Assembly: GCA_963696295.1 (NCBI GenBank)
Contig: CAVOJR010000001.1
Location: forward strand, 352,001 to 416,000
Reading direction: 5' to 3'
Origin: an uncultured Chlamydiae bacterium
Lineage (GTDB): Bacteria; Chlamydiota; Chlamydiia; Chlamydiales; JAJFMB01
DNA: 64,000 bases
The notes beneath the pieces were generated by a model, which saw nothing but the letters and a program-made list of their open reading frames with translations, ran no database searches and was not told the origin of the DNA. The first letter of the stretch is position 1. Each line of letters opens with the position of its first letter. This document shows, piece after piece, positions 20,837-31,542 of this stretch. The position numbers were made by a program, and so were the translations under genes.

Positions 20837-21193
20837 ATGAGAGCTAAGTTAAAAAATATATACAATCCAAATATTGATGATTTGGTTAATTATCAACCAA
20901 AAATCTTTGATAATTTTTGCATACTTTTTAGAGCAATGGTTGGACCTGAAGATGGGCTGGGAGAAGAATCATTTGATATACAAGTCTGTACACCTATGTG
21001 GTTTCTAACTACATTAAAACAAAACGATGTAATTCCAGGGAAATACTTTATTATTGTTTTAGAGTATAACTATGAACGAATTTACAACAAAATTAAATAT
21101 TTGATAGAGGCTTATAGTGCAGATAGCTGGAATGAGCTTGCAGAAAAAATTGCGACTTTAGGACATTGGGAATTTGAGAATTATGATGAATAA
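20837..21193 (+). CDS. Imm8-like immunity protein
   Basis: MVGPEDGLGEESFDIQVCTPMWF..IVLEYNY..WNELAEKIATLGHWEFENY; directly after the toxin tip; AT-rich. Confidence 0.8.
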   Translation: MRAKLKNIYNPNIDDLVNYQPKIFDNFCILFRAMVGPEDGLGEESFDIQVCTPMWFLTTLKQNDVIPGKYFIIVLEYNYERIYNKIKYLIEAYSADSWNELAEKIATLGHWEFENYDE

Positions 21194-21206
21194 AACTAGA
21201 TGAAAA

Positions 21207-21893
21207 CTACACTTGGTTCCTATCATCCTGAATGTAAAACATGTTATATTCCCGAAGGCCCTCGTTACGCAAAAGGCAGGCGGGGCACTCCTCGCAGCCC
21301 ATCCTGGGGATGCCCCGGTAGCAGGTGATGGTCTCCTCAAGCAGATAGTCGAGGCTGCCCAGCTTTGCCGCGACCTCCAGAGTCTCCCTCTTGGTCATCT
21401 TCACGAGCGGCGTGCGGATCTCAAAATGGGGATCGTTCAGATCGATGCGCAGGATCTCTTCCATCAAATCCATATAGGCTCTCGAACAATCCCTGTAGCC
21501 GGAATTGGCGCTCTCCACTTCGATTATCCCCATGTAGATGATGCGGGCGCCCAGGTGATGCGCGTGGATCGCGGCGAGGCGCGCCATAAGTCCATTGCGG
21601 CCGACGACGAGGGTAGAGGGCTCTTTGCCTGACTTGATTTCTACGGCTGGATTTGTGAGGGCGTTGCTGGTGATCTCTTTAAGGCAGTCGATCGATAAAA
21701 TGGTGTGGTCTACATGGAAATGACGGCAGATTTTTTTGGCCTGCTCGATCTCGTTTGAGTGTCTTTGGCTGTAGGAAAAGGAAAGACTCAGGACATTAGG
21801 AGCGCCAAATTCCTTAATCGCGAGCTGGAGGCAGATCGAGGAATCCATCCCGCCGGAATGGACGACGAGAGCCTTTTTACGCATTCGCTTCAA
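21207..21893 (-). CDS. queC: 7-cyano-7-deazaguanine synthase
   Basis: SGGMDS PP-loop, YSQRH, TCY..CEECPACLLR. Confidence 0.92.
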   Translation of the reverse strand: MKRMRKKALVVHSGGMDSSICLQLAIKEFGAPNVLSLSFSYSQRHSNEIEQAKKICRHFHVDHTILSIDCLKEITSNALTNPAVEIKSGKEPSTLVVGRNGLMARLAAIHAHHLGARIIYMGIIEVESANSGYRDCSRAYMDLMEEILRIDLNDPHFEIRTPLVKMTKRETLEVAAKLGSLDYLLEETITCYRGIPRMGCEECPACLLRNEGLREYNMFYIQDDRNQV

Positions 21894-23796
21894 GCCTGTT
21901 TGAGCTGTGCAGCATCTCCCACATCAGGCGAAACTCTGTGCACTGTTGCAGCAATTCTTCTTTAGTGCCCTCGGCGATTTTTTTGCCCCGGTCAAGATAG
22001 ATGATCTTATCGGCGTCTTCGATCGTGCTGAGGCGGTGGGCAATGATGATCTGCGTGACCTTCCCCCGCAGGCGGTTGATGGCGCACTTGATGGCGTTTT
22101 CACTGAGGGTGTCGAGCGATGAGGTAGCTTCATCCATGATCAATATGGGCGCATCTTTGACGAGCGCGCGCGCGATGGCGAGGCGCTGCTGCTGGCCGCC
22201 TGAGAGGTTTTTCCCGGTTTCCGAGAGCTGTGTCAAGTAGCCCTTGGGAAGCTCCCGGATAAACTCGTCAGCATAGGCTTTTTTGGCGGCCTCCTCGATC
22301 TCTTCTTGAGAAAAGGCGCGGCCAAAGGAGATGTTTTCCGCTATGGTGTCTAAAAAGAGGAACGGCCTTTGCGGCACAAAAGCGATATTTTCCCGGATAG
22401 ACTTCTGGGTATAGGCAGAAAGCGGCAGGCCGTCGATCCGGATCTCCCCCCGCTCAACTTCATAAAGCCTGGGGATAAGCTGGACTATCGTCGATTTGCC
22501 CGAGCCGGTCGGACCCACAATGGCCACGGTTTGCCCTTTTTCGACGGTAAAGCTCAAATCCTTCAAAATCCACTTCTCTTCATAACGGAACCAGACATGA
22601 TCAAATTCAATCCGGTCTGAGAATGTGGTGAGGGCTTGCGCGCTCTTCAGGTCTTCAATCTGAGGCTTGATATCCATCACTTCAAATAGACGGTCGGCGG
22701 CGGCGATGCCCTGCTGTATGCGGTTGTTCTCTTCGGCAAATTTTTTGATCGGCTCGTAAAAAACGTAGAGAGTGCCGCAATAGAAGAGAACGACGGAAAC
22801 GTTGAGCTGAAGAATGTAGAGTCCGTAAACCAGGGCGGTGGCGAGAAAAAACATCCCTATCGTATGCACTACGGGGCGGGAAGAGAGGTCGTAGCCGGCG
22901 CTTTTTCGCTCCAGCCTGGCCATCCGCTGGTTGTGTTCCCTATATTTTTTTAAGGAAAAATCCTCCATCGCAAAAATTTTCACGGTCTGTATGCCAGCCA
23001 GAAAGTCGATCAAAACAGATGCGAACCGCTCCTGATTTTTCTGAATCTGCAAGGCGATCCGCTTTACGTGTTTTGAGAGTATCACGATCGGAACAATCAC
23101 CAGGGGAAATCCGAAAAAGATGATCAAAGAGAGCTGCCAGGAAGTCAAAAAGCAAAGGGTCAGGCTCGTTACAACTGAAATAGGCGTTTGTAGGTAGTTC
23201 ATGAGGCAGGAGTTGACCGCATCGGCGATCAGGACGGAGTCTCCCACAACGCGGGAAGATAAACTGCCGATATCGTACTGCTGGAAAAAATTCATCTGCA
23301 GCGACTGAATGTGCTCAAAATATTTTTGGCGCAAATCCCGGCTGATCCGGATCACGACAATGCGGGTCATAAAGCGGTGGGTAAAGAGCATCACGGCCTT
23401 AAAGAGGGCAATGAAAAAGAGCATGATGGCAAGGTTTTTTAAATTGCTCGTAATCGGAAAGAAACGGTTCACAAAGCGGATCAGCCGCTCGACGATATCG
23501 GGCGATTTTTGATGCGAGAAATATTCAAGGGTTTCTTCCCGGGTGATATACCCTTTTCCCGCCGCGTCTATTTCGGCAAAGCGCTTCTCCATGGCCTCTT
23601 TTGAAACGACATCCTGCCTCCCCGTTCTCTCCTGGGAAAAAAACTCAAAGACATCGGGCCCTTTGCGGGTAATAACTCCCAGGGCAAAGATTTCCAGGTT
23701 GGAGGCAACGGTCAAAAGACACATAAAAAAAACGGTCAGGGAGATCAGCAGCCGATAAGTGCGGTTTTGTAAAGCGATCAGAAGAAGTCTTCTCAT
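21877..23796 (-). CDS. msbA: MsbA-like ABC exporter
   Basis: TMD + [24 protein letters not shown]; adjacent to accA as in Chlamydia. Confidence 0.85.
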   Translation of the reverse strand: MRRLLLIALQNRTYRLLISLTVFFMCLLTVASNLEIFALGVITRKGPDVFEFFSQERTGRQDVVSKEAMEKRFAEIDAAGKGYITREETLEYFSHQKSPDIVERLIRFVNRFFPITSNLKNLAIMLFFIALFKAVMLFTHRFMTRIVVIRISRDLRQKYFEHIQSLQMNFFQQYDIGSLSSRVVGDSVLIADAVNSCLMNYLQTPISVVTSLTLCFLTSWQLSLIIFFGFPLVIVPIVILSKHVKRIALQIQKNQERFASVLIDFLAGIQTVKIFAMEDFSLKKYREHNQRMARLERKSAGYDLSSRPVVHTIGMFFLATALVYGLYILQLNVSVVLFYCGTLYVFYEPIKKFAEENNRIQQGIAAADRLFEVMDIKPQIEDLKSAQALTTFSDRIEFDHVWFRYEEKWILKDLSFTVEKGQTVAIVGPTGSGKSTIVQLIPRLYEVERGEIRIDGLPLSAYTQKSIRENIAFVPQRPFLFLDTIAENISFGRAFSQEEIEEAAKKAYADEFIRELPKGYLTQLSETGKNLSGGQQQRLAIARALVKDAPILIMDEATSSLDTLSENAIKCAINRLRGKVTQIIIAHRLSTIEDADKIIYLDRGKKIAEGTKEELLQQCTEFRLMWEMLHSSNRLEANA

Positions 23797-24743
23797 GAGG
23801 AGCGCATTTTTCCCATTTTTCGAAATTTCAGATAGCGCTGCTCTATAAGGAGATCCAAGGGGATGCGTCCCAGAATTTTCATTTGTTCTGTAATAAAATT
23901 TTTCACCTCGCGGTAAACAGCCGCAGGATCGTGGTGAGCGCCTCCGAGCGGTTCCGGCAGAATCGTATCGATAATGCCAAGCTCAAGCAGATTTTCGGAA
24001 TTGAGTTTCAGCATGGAAGCCGAATCGACATTCTTCGAGGCATCCTTCCACAAGATAGAAGCGCAGCCTTCTGGGGAAATCACAGAATAATAGGCGTGTT
24101 CCAGCATGCCTATCACATCCCCGACGCCAATGCCAAGCGCACCGCCTGAGCACCCTTCTCCGATCACAACGACAATGATAGGCGTTTTGATCCTGGCCAT
24201 TTCCTTCAGGTTTTCCGCTATCGCCCATCCCTGTCCCCGCTCTTCGGCTTCTAAGCCGGGATAGGCGCCGGGGGTATCCAGAAGACTGATGACAGGCAGA
24301 TTAAATTTTTCAGCCAAACGCATAAGACGAAGCGCTTTGCGAAAGCCTTCTGGATGCATCATCCCAAAATTCCTATGCACACGGCTGGTAGTGTCATTCC
24401 CTTTCTCTTGCCCGATGATGACGCAATCGATACCGTCAATTTTCGCAAGCCCCCCCACTAAAGCCGCATCATCTCCAAAGAGGCGGTCGCCCGCAAGCTC
24501 CTGGAAGGGATCGCAGAGATTTTTGATATAATCGATAGAGTGGGGTCTGGAGGGATGGCGGCAAATCATCACTCTTTGCCAGGGCGTGAGCTCCGAATAA
24601 ACCTTTCTTTTTAACTCTTCCAGTTTTTGTTCCAGCTTTTGAATTTCGCTCGCGAAAATGGGCTGGTCATGACTCTGTTTTTTTAGATGTTCGATCGTTT
24701 TGACATATTCCTGAATCGGCTTTTCATGAGGTAAAACATCCAT
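23793..24743 (-). CDS. accA: acetyl-CoA carboxylase carboxyltransferase alpha subunit
   Basis: [36 protein letters not shown]. Confidence 0.97.
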   Translation of the reverse strand: MDVLPHEKPIQEYVKTIEHLKKQSHDQPIFASEIQKLEQKLEELKRKVYSELTPWQRVMICRHPSRPHSIDYIKNLCDPFQELAGDRLFGDDAALVGGLAKIDGIDCVIIGQEKGNDTTSRVHRNFGMMHPEGFRKALRLMRLAEKFNLPVISLLDTPGAYPGLEAEERGQGWAIAENLKEMARIKTPIIVVVIGEGCSGGALGIGVGDVIGMLEHAYYSVISPEGCASILWKDASKNVDSASMLKLNSENLLELGIIDTILPEPLGGAHHDPAAVYREVKNFITEQMKILGRIPLDLLIEQRYLKFRKMGKMRSS

Positions 24744-25717
24744 TATCTTTCTACCCCGGGCAGCTTGGCCAAATGAAAATCCTTAACGATCTCTACGGTG
24801 GTCGGCTTGGTGATGATAATTGCAAAGAGCTCCTCCATATCGGCATTGGCCAAACGTATGCATCCGTCGCTTTCAAATTTGCCGAGACTGCTCTCATCGG
24901 GTATAAGCTCGTTCTGCCCATTTTCTATCCAGGGGACGCCATGGATGCCAAACCCTCGCGCGGCAGCAGTGCAATTCTCCACCTCTTTATCGAAAGGAAT
25001 CCAGCGGGAGCCGAAGACTCTGACCATTTCCGTCTTTTGGCCGTTGTAAAACCCGTACATTTTGGGTTTATAGATCACAATTTTATCCCCGAGCAAATAC
25101 TTGCCGAGCGGAGTCAAACAGCCGGAGGCTTTCGAATCATCGACGCGGCCAAGCCCCACGGGATAAGTTTTGACCAGTTTTCTGTCGTTTGAGTCAAGAT
25201 CGTGATAATAGAGCCACAACTTGCAGCGGGAAGCATCGATCAAAAGATAAAATTCAAAATTTTTATCCTCTTTAAACACATTAAACCGGTCCCCTTCGGC
25301 GATGTTCTGTTTGAAATATTCGGGGGAGTTATTCAAGCTGCGGGCGATGAAGTGCCTTGATGTTTTGTAGTGCGCAGCGTAGTCGGAAATCCAGGCGGGT
25401 CGTCCTTTTTGCCAAGGCACGCGGCTACGGTAAGGGATGGTCTCGACAATCGGAAATTTTGGGTCGTGAAGGTTAAACAGCTCATCCACCCTGTCAACTA
25501 CGGGCACATCGTCCATGGAAAGATTCCGCACCATCGGTACATTTTTTTTGACTTGAGGAGGGGCAACGGGGTGGATTTCGGGCTGTTGTTCAATTTCGAC
25601 AGGTTCGAAGGCGATAGGAGCGTGCACCTCTGCTTTTTCCCTTTTCATTAGGGCAAGAATAGCTATAAAGCCAAACAAACAAAACGCCGTAAGCGCAATA
25701 AATTTGGGAAATGACAT
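24743..25717 (-). CDS. L,D-transpeptidase (YkuD) domain protein
   Basis: N-terminal anchor; YPVGLG, TPLG, GIHG..SDGCIRL. Confidence 0.8.
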   Translation of the reverse strand: MSFPKFIALTAFCLFGFIAILALMKREKAEVHAPIAFEPVEIEQQPEIHPVAPPQVKKNVPMVRNLSMDDVPVVDRVDELFNLHDPKFPIVETIPYRSRVPWQKGRPAWISDYAAHYKTSRHFIARSLNNSPEYFKQNIAEGDRFNVFKEDKNFEFYLLIDASRCKLWLYYHDLDSNDRKLVKTYPVGLGRVDDSKASGCLTPLGKYLLGDKIVIYKPKMYGFYNGQKTEMVRVFGSRWIPFDKEVENCTAAARGFGIHGVPWIENGQNELIPDESSLGKFESDGCIRLANADMEELFAIIITKPTTVEIVKDFHLAKLPGVER

Positions 25718-25820
25718 CTCTAAACCTTCTTGATAATAATATTATACCCAAGAGGAACAATTTTGCCAAGGCAAGAAACGGCTGAGGGACATATTTTACA
25801 TATATTTTTAAATTGAAATT

Positions 25821-25860
25821 ACCTCTCAGATCCCCGAAACAGAAGGGGTATCTGAGAGGT
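25821..25860 (-). terminator. hairpin downstream of the HU/IHF gene
   Basis: ACCTCTCAGATCCCC...GGGGTATCTGAGAGGT imperfect stem. Confidence 0.55.
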
Positions 25861-25870
25861 TAAACGATAT

Positions 25871-26179
25871 CTAGTCGCGCTCGATCAACTTGCGCATCTT
25901 CTTGCCCGGCGTAAACTTCACCGCATTGCGTCTTGGTATCACAATCGGCACATCGGCTTTTTTAGGATTTCTACCAATTTTTTGTTTCCGCTCTACAACT
26001 TCAAAGACTCCAAAATCGCGAAACTCCAAACGGTCTCCCTCTGAAAGACAGTGGGTCATTTTATCCAAGAAAGCTTGGATCACGTGGCGCACATCATTCG
26101 GATGAATAGATTTCTCTTGTGAAATCGAATGGATGAGCTTTTTCTTTGTCATTGTGTTTTTTTTATCCATAGATGACAT
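25871..26179 (-). CDS. HU/IHF-family DNA-binding protein
   Basis: LEFRDFGVFEV..GRNPK..VKFTPGKKM. Confidence 0.92.
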   Translation of the reverse strand: MSSMDKKNTMTKKKLIHSISQEKSIHPNDVRHVIQAFLDKMTHCLSEGDRLEFRDFGVFEVVERKQKIGRNPKKADVPIVIPRRNAVKFTPGKKMRKLIERD

Positions 26180-26303
26180 AGTGCTTTAACTCCTGGTTAA
26201 TTAAACAAATTTTTTCTTAACTGACGGTTTAACGACATTTTGATCAGCAGAGCAATTTCTAGCAAGTCCTTTTTTTACAGCCACTTGTTATTTTCTGATT
26301 TTT

Positions 26304-26456
26304 AGGGATCTTAAGACAATAACTTTTACAATTATCGAGGGGAAAAACGGTTCAGATCGAGAGGATTTTTCCGCAGGGGTATACCCAAGGAAAATATGCT
26401 CGAGATGAATCTGTTTTTACCTCGAGAGTTGTAAAAGTTATTATCTTACGATCCCT
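26304..26456. repeat. ~153-bp imperfect palindromic (MITE-like) element
   Basis: AGGGATCTTAAGACAATAACTTTTACAA... pairs with ...TTGTAAAAGTTATTATCTTACGATCCCT along most of its length. Confidence 0.8.
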
Positions 26457-27712
26457 TAACCGGAAATACGCACTAAAAGCTTATTTTTTTTGCCGGCGCC
26501 CATCAGCAGCAATCGCCCCTCAATCATGTCCCCAGATTGCAAGGAGTATTCCTCATCGTCGATTTTTTTGTTATTGAGGTAAGCTCCTCCGTTATTTACC
26601 AACCGGCGCGCTTCCCCTTTACTCTTCTGCAAACCCACTTTTACAAAGAGGTCGATCAATTTTTGATCCACTACTTCATTCAATTTCAAAGTGCAGCTCG
26701 GCATGTTAACTGCGATCTGCTCGAGAGTTTGGGCATTCAATTCCGCGTCGGATCCAGGCGATACCCCTGCAGTGACCTTCAAGGCGGTATCCAAACCCTC
26801 TGCTCCGTGCACTATGCGGGTGACTTCTTCGGCAAGCTTCTTTTGAGCGGTGTTCGGCACATAATCCGCCTGCTTCATCTGCTCCTCCAAGCGGCGGATT
26901 TCCCCCATATCCATAAAGGTCAGAAGACGCATCAATTTGATCACATCTTCATCGGACACTCTGACTAAATACTGGTAAAACTCGAAGGGAGAGAGCAGAT
27001 CGGGAGAAAGCCATACGGCCCCCTTCTCCGACTTGCCGAATTTTTGCCCGTCGCTTCTGGTCATCAAAGGAAAAGTGAGGCCATAAACGCTTTTACCATG
27101 CACCTTGCGGACCAAGTCGATGCCGGCGGTAATGTTGCCCCACTGGTCGCTGCCCCCGAGCTGGAGGTTGACCTGGTAATGATCGTAAAGATAGAGGAAG
27201 TCGTAGCCTTGTAACAGCTGATAGCTAAACTCGGTGAAACTCATCCCCTCCTCGGAAGTCATCCTCGTTCTGACGCTGTCTTTGCTCAGCATCGGCCCGA
27301 TCCTGAAGTATTTGCCGACATCCCGCAAGAATTCGATGAAAGAGAACTTCTCAAACCAGTCGTAATTGTTGAGAATGAGAGGCTTATTTAAAATAGCTTC
27401 CAGGTTTTTGCGGATCCCCTTCAGGTTTTTCTCAATGGTTTCCGGATTTAACAAAGATCTTTCGGCGGTTTTTCCTGAAGGGTCGCCGATCATTCCGGTT
27501 GCTCCGCCGACCACTGCCACAGGGGTATGGCCAAAGCGCTGAAACCAGGCAAGGCCCATGATGGCCACCATATTGCCAAGATGGAGGCTTTCGGCGGTAG
27601 GATCAAATCCGCAGTAGACTTTCATCGGCTGGTTGGCAGATTGAACGAGCTCTTCGCTGGTCATAGCGTCGATAAAACCGCGCTCTTTGAGAATATCGAT
27701 TACATTTGGCAT
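26456..27712 (-). CDS. tyrS: tyrosine--tRNA ligase
   Basis: YCGFDPTAESLHLGN, GGSDQWGNI, KFGKS, C-terminal S4 domain. Confidence 0.98.
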   Translation of the reverse strand: MPNVIDILKERGFIDAMTSEELVQSANQPMKVYCGFDPTAESLHLGNMVAIMGLAWFQRFGHTPVAVVGGATGMIGDPSGKTAERSLLNPETIEKNLKGIRKNLEAILNKPLILNNYDWFEKFSFIEFLRDVGKYFRIGPMLSKDSVRTRMTSEEGMSFTEFSYQLLQGYDFLYLYDHYQVNLQLGGSDQWGNITAGIDLVRKVHGKSVYGLTFPLMTRSDGQKFGKSEKGAVWLSPDLLSPFEFYQYLVRVSDEDVIKLMRLLTFMDMGEIRRLEEQMKQADYVPNTAQKKLAEEVTRIVHGAEGLDTALKVTAGVSPGSDAELNAQTLEQIAVNMPSCTLKLNEVVDQKLIDLFVKVGLQKSKGEARRLVNNGGAYLNNKKIDDEEYSLQSGDMIEGRLLLMGAGKKNKLLVRISG

Positions 27713-27782
27713 AAATCAACCTTTTGTCTTAAAATTTTCCACATTCTCTAGGTTTGCCTATTTTTCTGTCAATGCGGTCAAA

Positions 27783-27884
27783 ACTTGTGAGGAGTCCATA
27801 GCTTTAGCTATGGACGACGAACAAGATTTGCGAGGCCGCCGGTCGCAGGGCGAAAGACCACTGGACGAAATTAACCAATAGCCG
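27783..27884. repeat. partial copy of the palindromic element at 41846-42156
   Basis: ACTTGTGAGGAGTCCATAGCTTTAGCTATGGACGACGA...GGCCGCCGGTCGCAG...CCACTGGACGAAATT shared. Confidence 0.8.
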
Positions 27885-27991
27885 TCAAAACCATTGCCAA
27901 AAAAAGAGCCAATGGCTATTAGAAAAGTTAAAGGGAAATAGGGGAGAAGCAATTCTCCATTACTTTAATAATTAATAGCTTGAGGGGAACT

Positions 27992-28318
27992 ATGGCAAGT
28001 ACACATAAAAGAGCGAAAGAGAGCGCCTTTATTAAAAGAACGCGCAATAAACTTGAGAGAAGATTAAAAGAAATTGACTCAAAAATCACCTCTCAGGCTC
28101 TGAAAGAAGTCACGCAAAACATACACAAATGGATCAGACGCCACTCAGCCGAAAGAGAGAAAATCCCCGGACTTGTCAAAGTATTTGACCAAAACACCCA
28201 TCCTGCTCAGGAAAAAAGCCTATACGTGCTGGAAAAACTCAAGCAGATCAAGGAAGAATCCAAAAAAGAATATGGAAAATTGCGCGGAAGGATTTCCTCT
28301 CCTGGAGAATCGAGTTAG
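27992..28318 (+). CDS. basic hypothetical protein
   Basis: RBS GAGGGG before ATG; MASTHKRAKES... Confidence 0.6.
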   Translation: MASTHKRAKESAFIKRTRNKLERRLKEIDSKITSQALKEVTQNIHKWIRRHSAEREKIPGLVKVFDQNTHPAQEKSLYVLEKLKQIKEESKKEYGKLRGRISSPGESS

Positions 28319-29337
28319 AGCTTGACCGCCAGCACCGAAACGTTATCAAGGGATTTTGACTTAACAGCGCTGTCTACCAATCGCTTGGATATCTCTTCAG
28401 CGCTTAGGTGCCTGATGCGCTCAAAAGCCGAATCAATCTGTTTGATCGAGGAAACCTCATACAGCCCGTCGCTCGCAATAATCAGATGGGAGCCCGGCTT
28501 TATTGTGTGCAGCGGTGTGAAGAAAATTTTCGGAACCGCGCTGATCCCTTTTGAGTCCTTATCTCCAAAAGCCCGGGCATTGGCATATTTACCGTCAACA
28601 TAGTCCCTATGCACGCTGCTGCCGTCTCTTTCCACCTTTCTCCGGTATCTCTCATATTCTGGATTCGCATCTTCCGTAAGAGCCGAAGCCTTTCCTTCGC
28701 CAAATAAAACAGCGCGAGAATCCCCCACATTGGCCACCCACAGTATGCCATTTAAAATAAGGGCAACCGTGGCCGTTGAGCCGGCATCGCCGGGGCATTG
28801 CTCATTCAGCAAAGGGAAGCTGGTCTTGAACATATTCCACACTGACTCCTCATCCAGCCTGACGCACGCTTCCAGCCCCTGCTTTAAAAAGGAAACCATA
28901 TTTTCTTTCAAAAAATTCGCAGCCGCTATGCCCCCATGACCATCGAAAATTCCAAAAATTTCCGCAGTATGCTTTTTTTCATTCCATTGAAACTCAAAAG
29001 TTTCGGCAATATCCACATCCTCCATCACCCGGCTTCTGCCCTTGGTTGTTGCCCGTCCCACCTCCCGGCCATTGACGGTTAAAGATTCACTGTGCATATT
29101 TTCAATGGTACAAACGTCTGATAAACATAACTTGCCAAGCTTTTCCTCTTCCATTCGATAATTGGCTATTACATAATTGAGCTTGGATCTTTCCACGACA
29201 GTCAGTCTGGATTTGGAACCGGCCGGATAAACGCCCCCCGCTTTGATGTTCTGAACCATTTCCTCAAAGGATAAACACTTTTTCTCCTCAATTGTAACGG
29301 CTGCCATGCCGGTGAGGGCCAAAGATACAACATTCAT
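28315..29337 (-). CDS. PP2C-family Ser/Thr phosphatase
   Basis: RSRVMED, IFDGHGG, GSTA, VANVGDSRAV, RAFGD, IASDGL, DNVSV. Confidence 0.9.
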   Translation of the reverse strand: MNVVSLALTGMAAVTIEEKKCLSFEEMVQNIKAGGVYPAGSKSRLTVVERSKLNYVIANYRMEEEKLGKLCLSDVCTIENMHSESLTVNGREVGRATTKGRSRVMEDVDIAETFEFQWNEKKHTAEIFGIFDGHGGIAAANFLKENMVSFLKQGLEACVRLDEESVWNMFKTSFPLLNEQCPGDAGSTATVALILNGILWVANVGDSRAVLFGEGKASALTEDANPEYERYRRKVERDGSSVHRDYVDGKYANARAFGDKDSKGISAVPKIFFTPLHTIKPGSHLIIASDGLYEVSSIKQIDSAFERIRHLSAEEISKRLVDSAVKSKSLDNVSVLAVKL

Positions 29338-29349
29338 ATAAATCCTGAA

Positions 29350-30093
29350 TTAAAATGGGTTTGCGATATCGATGAATTGAACAGGCAGAGACCATTTCTC
29401 CTGCAGATGCTCCCCTAAAGCGCGCGGACCGATCCGCTCCGTGGCCGAATGGCCCAGGGCAAAAAAATTAATTTTCTCTTCGAAGGCGATATGCCAGACC
29501 GGTTCGTCAAAACTCCCCGTCACAAAACAGTCCACACCCGCAGCTACGGCGTCCTTGATGTTCCAGTGCGCGCCACCCGAAATGATGGCCACGCTCTCTA
29601 CTTTTTCCTTGCCGCCCGGAGCGCACGCGGCCGGATGCTGATAGTACGATTCCAGCCGGCTGCGCAAGATTTCGCAATCAACGGCTTTGATACGCCCCTG
29701 AACGCCTAAAGAATTGCAAAACGGCATCAAATCAGTCAATCCTAAATCCTTGGCCGCCCGCCAGTTATTGCCCACCTGTTCATGGGCGTCCAAGGGGAGA
29801 TGATAAGCGAGCAATGAGATCCCTTTTTCCAGCAGCCGCTTCAGCTTGTCTTTCTTTACACCAACGACTTCAAATTTATCCCGATTCCAGAAAATGCCAT
29901 GGTGCACGACAAGAGCGTCTGCGCCACACTCGACAGCGGCCTCGATGGTGAGCAAAGAAGCGCTCACCGCGGTGGCGATCTTCGAAACCCGCGCTTTCCC
30001 TTCGACTTGCAAGCCGTTAGGGCAAAAGTCTGTGAAAGCCGCGCAGTTTAGGAATTGATCGAGATAGGTACAAAGTTCTTGTAATGTAATCAT
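29350..30093 (-). CDS. Nif3-like dinuclear metal center protein
   Basis: Start MITLQEL; NGLQVEG, VHHGIFW, YHLPLDAH, GHSATE. Confidence 0.92.
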   Translation of the reverse strand: MITLQELCTYLDQFLNCAAFTDFCPNGLQVEGKARVSKIATAVSASLLTIEAAVECGADALVVHHGIFWNRDKFEVVGVKKDKLKRLLEKGISLLAYHLPLDAHEQVGNNWRAAKDLGLTDLMPFCNSLGVQGRIKAVDCEILRSRLESYYQHPAACAPGGKEKVESVAIISGGAHWNIKDAVAAGVDCFVTGSFDEPVWHIAFEEKINFFALGHSATERIGPRALGEHLQEKWSLPVQFIDIANPF

Positions 30094-30153
30094 AGCCTCA
30101 CCAAAATCATAATTGATACGGGTTATTCTAAAGAATCGGGGTTTGTTAGGCAA

Positions 30154-30843
30154 ATGTTGACTGAAGCGGAAATTAGAAACGCCAAAAACGCCGCCGGCAA
30201 AGCTGCTGCGGAACTGGTGCAAGACGATATGCTTGTAGGACTTGGAACGGGATCTACGTCGGCTTTCTTTATTCGCCACCTAAGCGATAGAGTAGCTCAA
30301 GGCCTAAAAATCACGGCTGTTGCCACCTCTCAAGCCTCATCAGAGCTCGCCCGCAAAGGCAAAATCCCCATGGTGGATATTGACCGGATTGCCGGCCTTG
30401 ATTTTTCCGCCGATGGAGCCGATGAAATCGATCCCCAAAACAGAATGATTAAAGGGGGCGGCGGAGCGCTGCTCAGGGAGAAGGTGATTGCAAGCATGAG
30501 CCGCGAGTGGGTGGTGATGATCGATCCCTCCAAAAGGGTGAAAGAGCTCGGCAAGGCTCCCCTCCCGCTGGAAATCCTCCCCTTCGGCCGCCTGGCCACC
30601 CAGGCCAAAATTGAGAAGCTCGGTCTTAAGGGAAAATTTCGGCAGACTGGGGATGATTTTTACATTACAGATAACGGCAATAATATTTTCGACATCCATT
30701 TCCATAAGCACCCGGCCCATCCGGAAGCTTTGAACGAGTCTTTACTGGCGATTCCCGGCGTACTGGAGACAGGTTTTTTCTTTGGCTACGCCAAAAAGGT
30801 CATCATCGGCTATCCCGACGAACGGGCAGAAATTCTCTGCTAA
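30154..30843 (+). CDS. rpiA: ribose-5-phosphate isomerase A
   Basis: GLGTGST, DGADE, KGGGGALLREK. Confidence 0.96.
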   Translation: MLTEAEIRNAKNAAGKAAAELVQDDMLVGLGTGSTSAFFIRHLSDRVAQGLKITAVATSQASSELARKGKIPMVDIDRIAGLDFSADGADEIDPQNRMIKGGGGALLREKVIASMSREWVVMIDPSKRVKELGKAPLPLEILPFGRLATQAKIEKLGLKGKFRQTGDDFYITDNGNNIFDIHFHKHPAHPEALNESLLAIPGVLETGFFFGYAKKVIIGYPDERAEILC

Positions 30844-31081
30844 CAGGTTTGACTACGGTCATCAACCGCTTCCCCGACGAACGGGCAGAAATTCTCTGTT
30901 AACAGGTTTGACTACGGTCATCAACCGCTTCCCCGACGAACGGGCAGAAATTCTCTGCTAACAGGTTTGACTACGGTTATCAACCGCTTCCCCGACGAAC
31001 GGGCGGAAATTCTCTGCTAACAGGTTTGACTACGGTCATCATCCGCTTCCCCGACGAACGGGCAGAAATTCTCTGTTAACA
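30814..31081 (+). repeat. 59-bp tandem repeat, ~4.5 copies
   Basis: CCCGACGAACGGGCAGAAATTCTCTGCTAACAGGTTTGACTACGGTCATCAACCGCTTC starting at 30814, 30873, 30932, 30991, 31050 (last partial). Confidence 0.95.
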
Positions 31082-31128
31082 AAATATTATAGATCCGGTA
31101 TAGGTATATTTTAATCGGGATAACGCCT

Positions 31129-31542
31129 ATGCTCTCAGAACTTGTACAGCTCACCTTCGATAAAATTATGCAGACGCGCTCTTATACGGTTGTGGTTTTA
31201 GGAGCGAAAGAGAAACGCTTTGCGATCTACACCGACCCGAATGTGGGGCATATCCTGCAAATGTATCTGACCGGCACGGAAAGCGCCCGCCCTTTGACTC
31301 ATGATCTTATCGATCATATCTTAAGAGGATTGGATGTCCGCATCAAGCAGGTCGTCATCAATGACGTCAAAGACACAGTCTATTTTGCCAGGCTCTTTTT
31401 AGAGCAAAACATGGGCAATTTGAGGCATATCATCGAAATCGACGCAAGACCAAGCGATTGCATCACGCTTGCCCTGATGAACAATGCGCCGGTCTATTGC
31501 ACTCGGGATGTGCTCGAAAGAACTCTTCCCCTTGAAGAATAA
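31129..31542 (+). CDS. bifunctional nuclease family (DUF151) protein
   Basis: RPLTHDL, YFARL, IDARPSDCITLAL. Confidence 0.9.
   Translation: MLSELVQLTFDKIMQTRSYTVVVLGAKEKRFAIYTDPNVGHILQMYLTGTESARPLTHDLIDHILRGLDVRIKQVVINDVKDTVYFARLFLEQNMGNLRHIIEIDARPSDCITLALMNNAPVYCTRDVLERTLPLEE

Noticed and set aside
27720..27920. T-box riboswitch upstream of tyrS
   Set aside because: No T-box consensus seen on the minus strand; the structure belongs to the repeat family at 41846-42156
30814..31081. CRISPR array
   Set aside because: No unique spacers: whole 59-bp units are near-identical and resemble the rpiA end; no cas genes in the window
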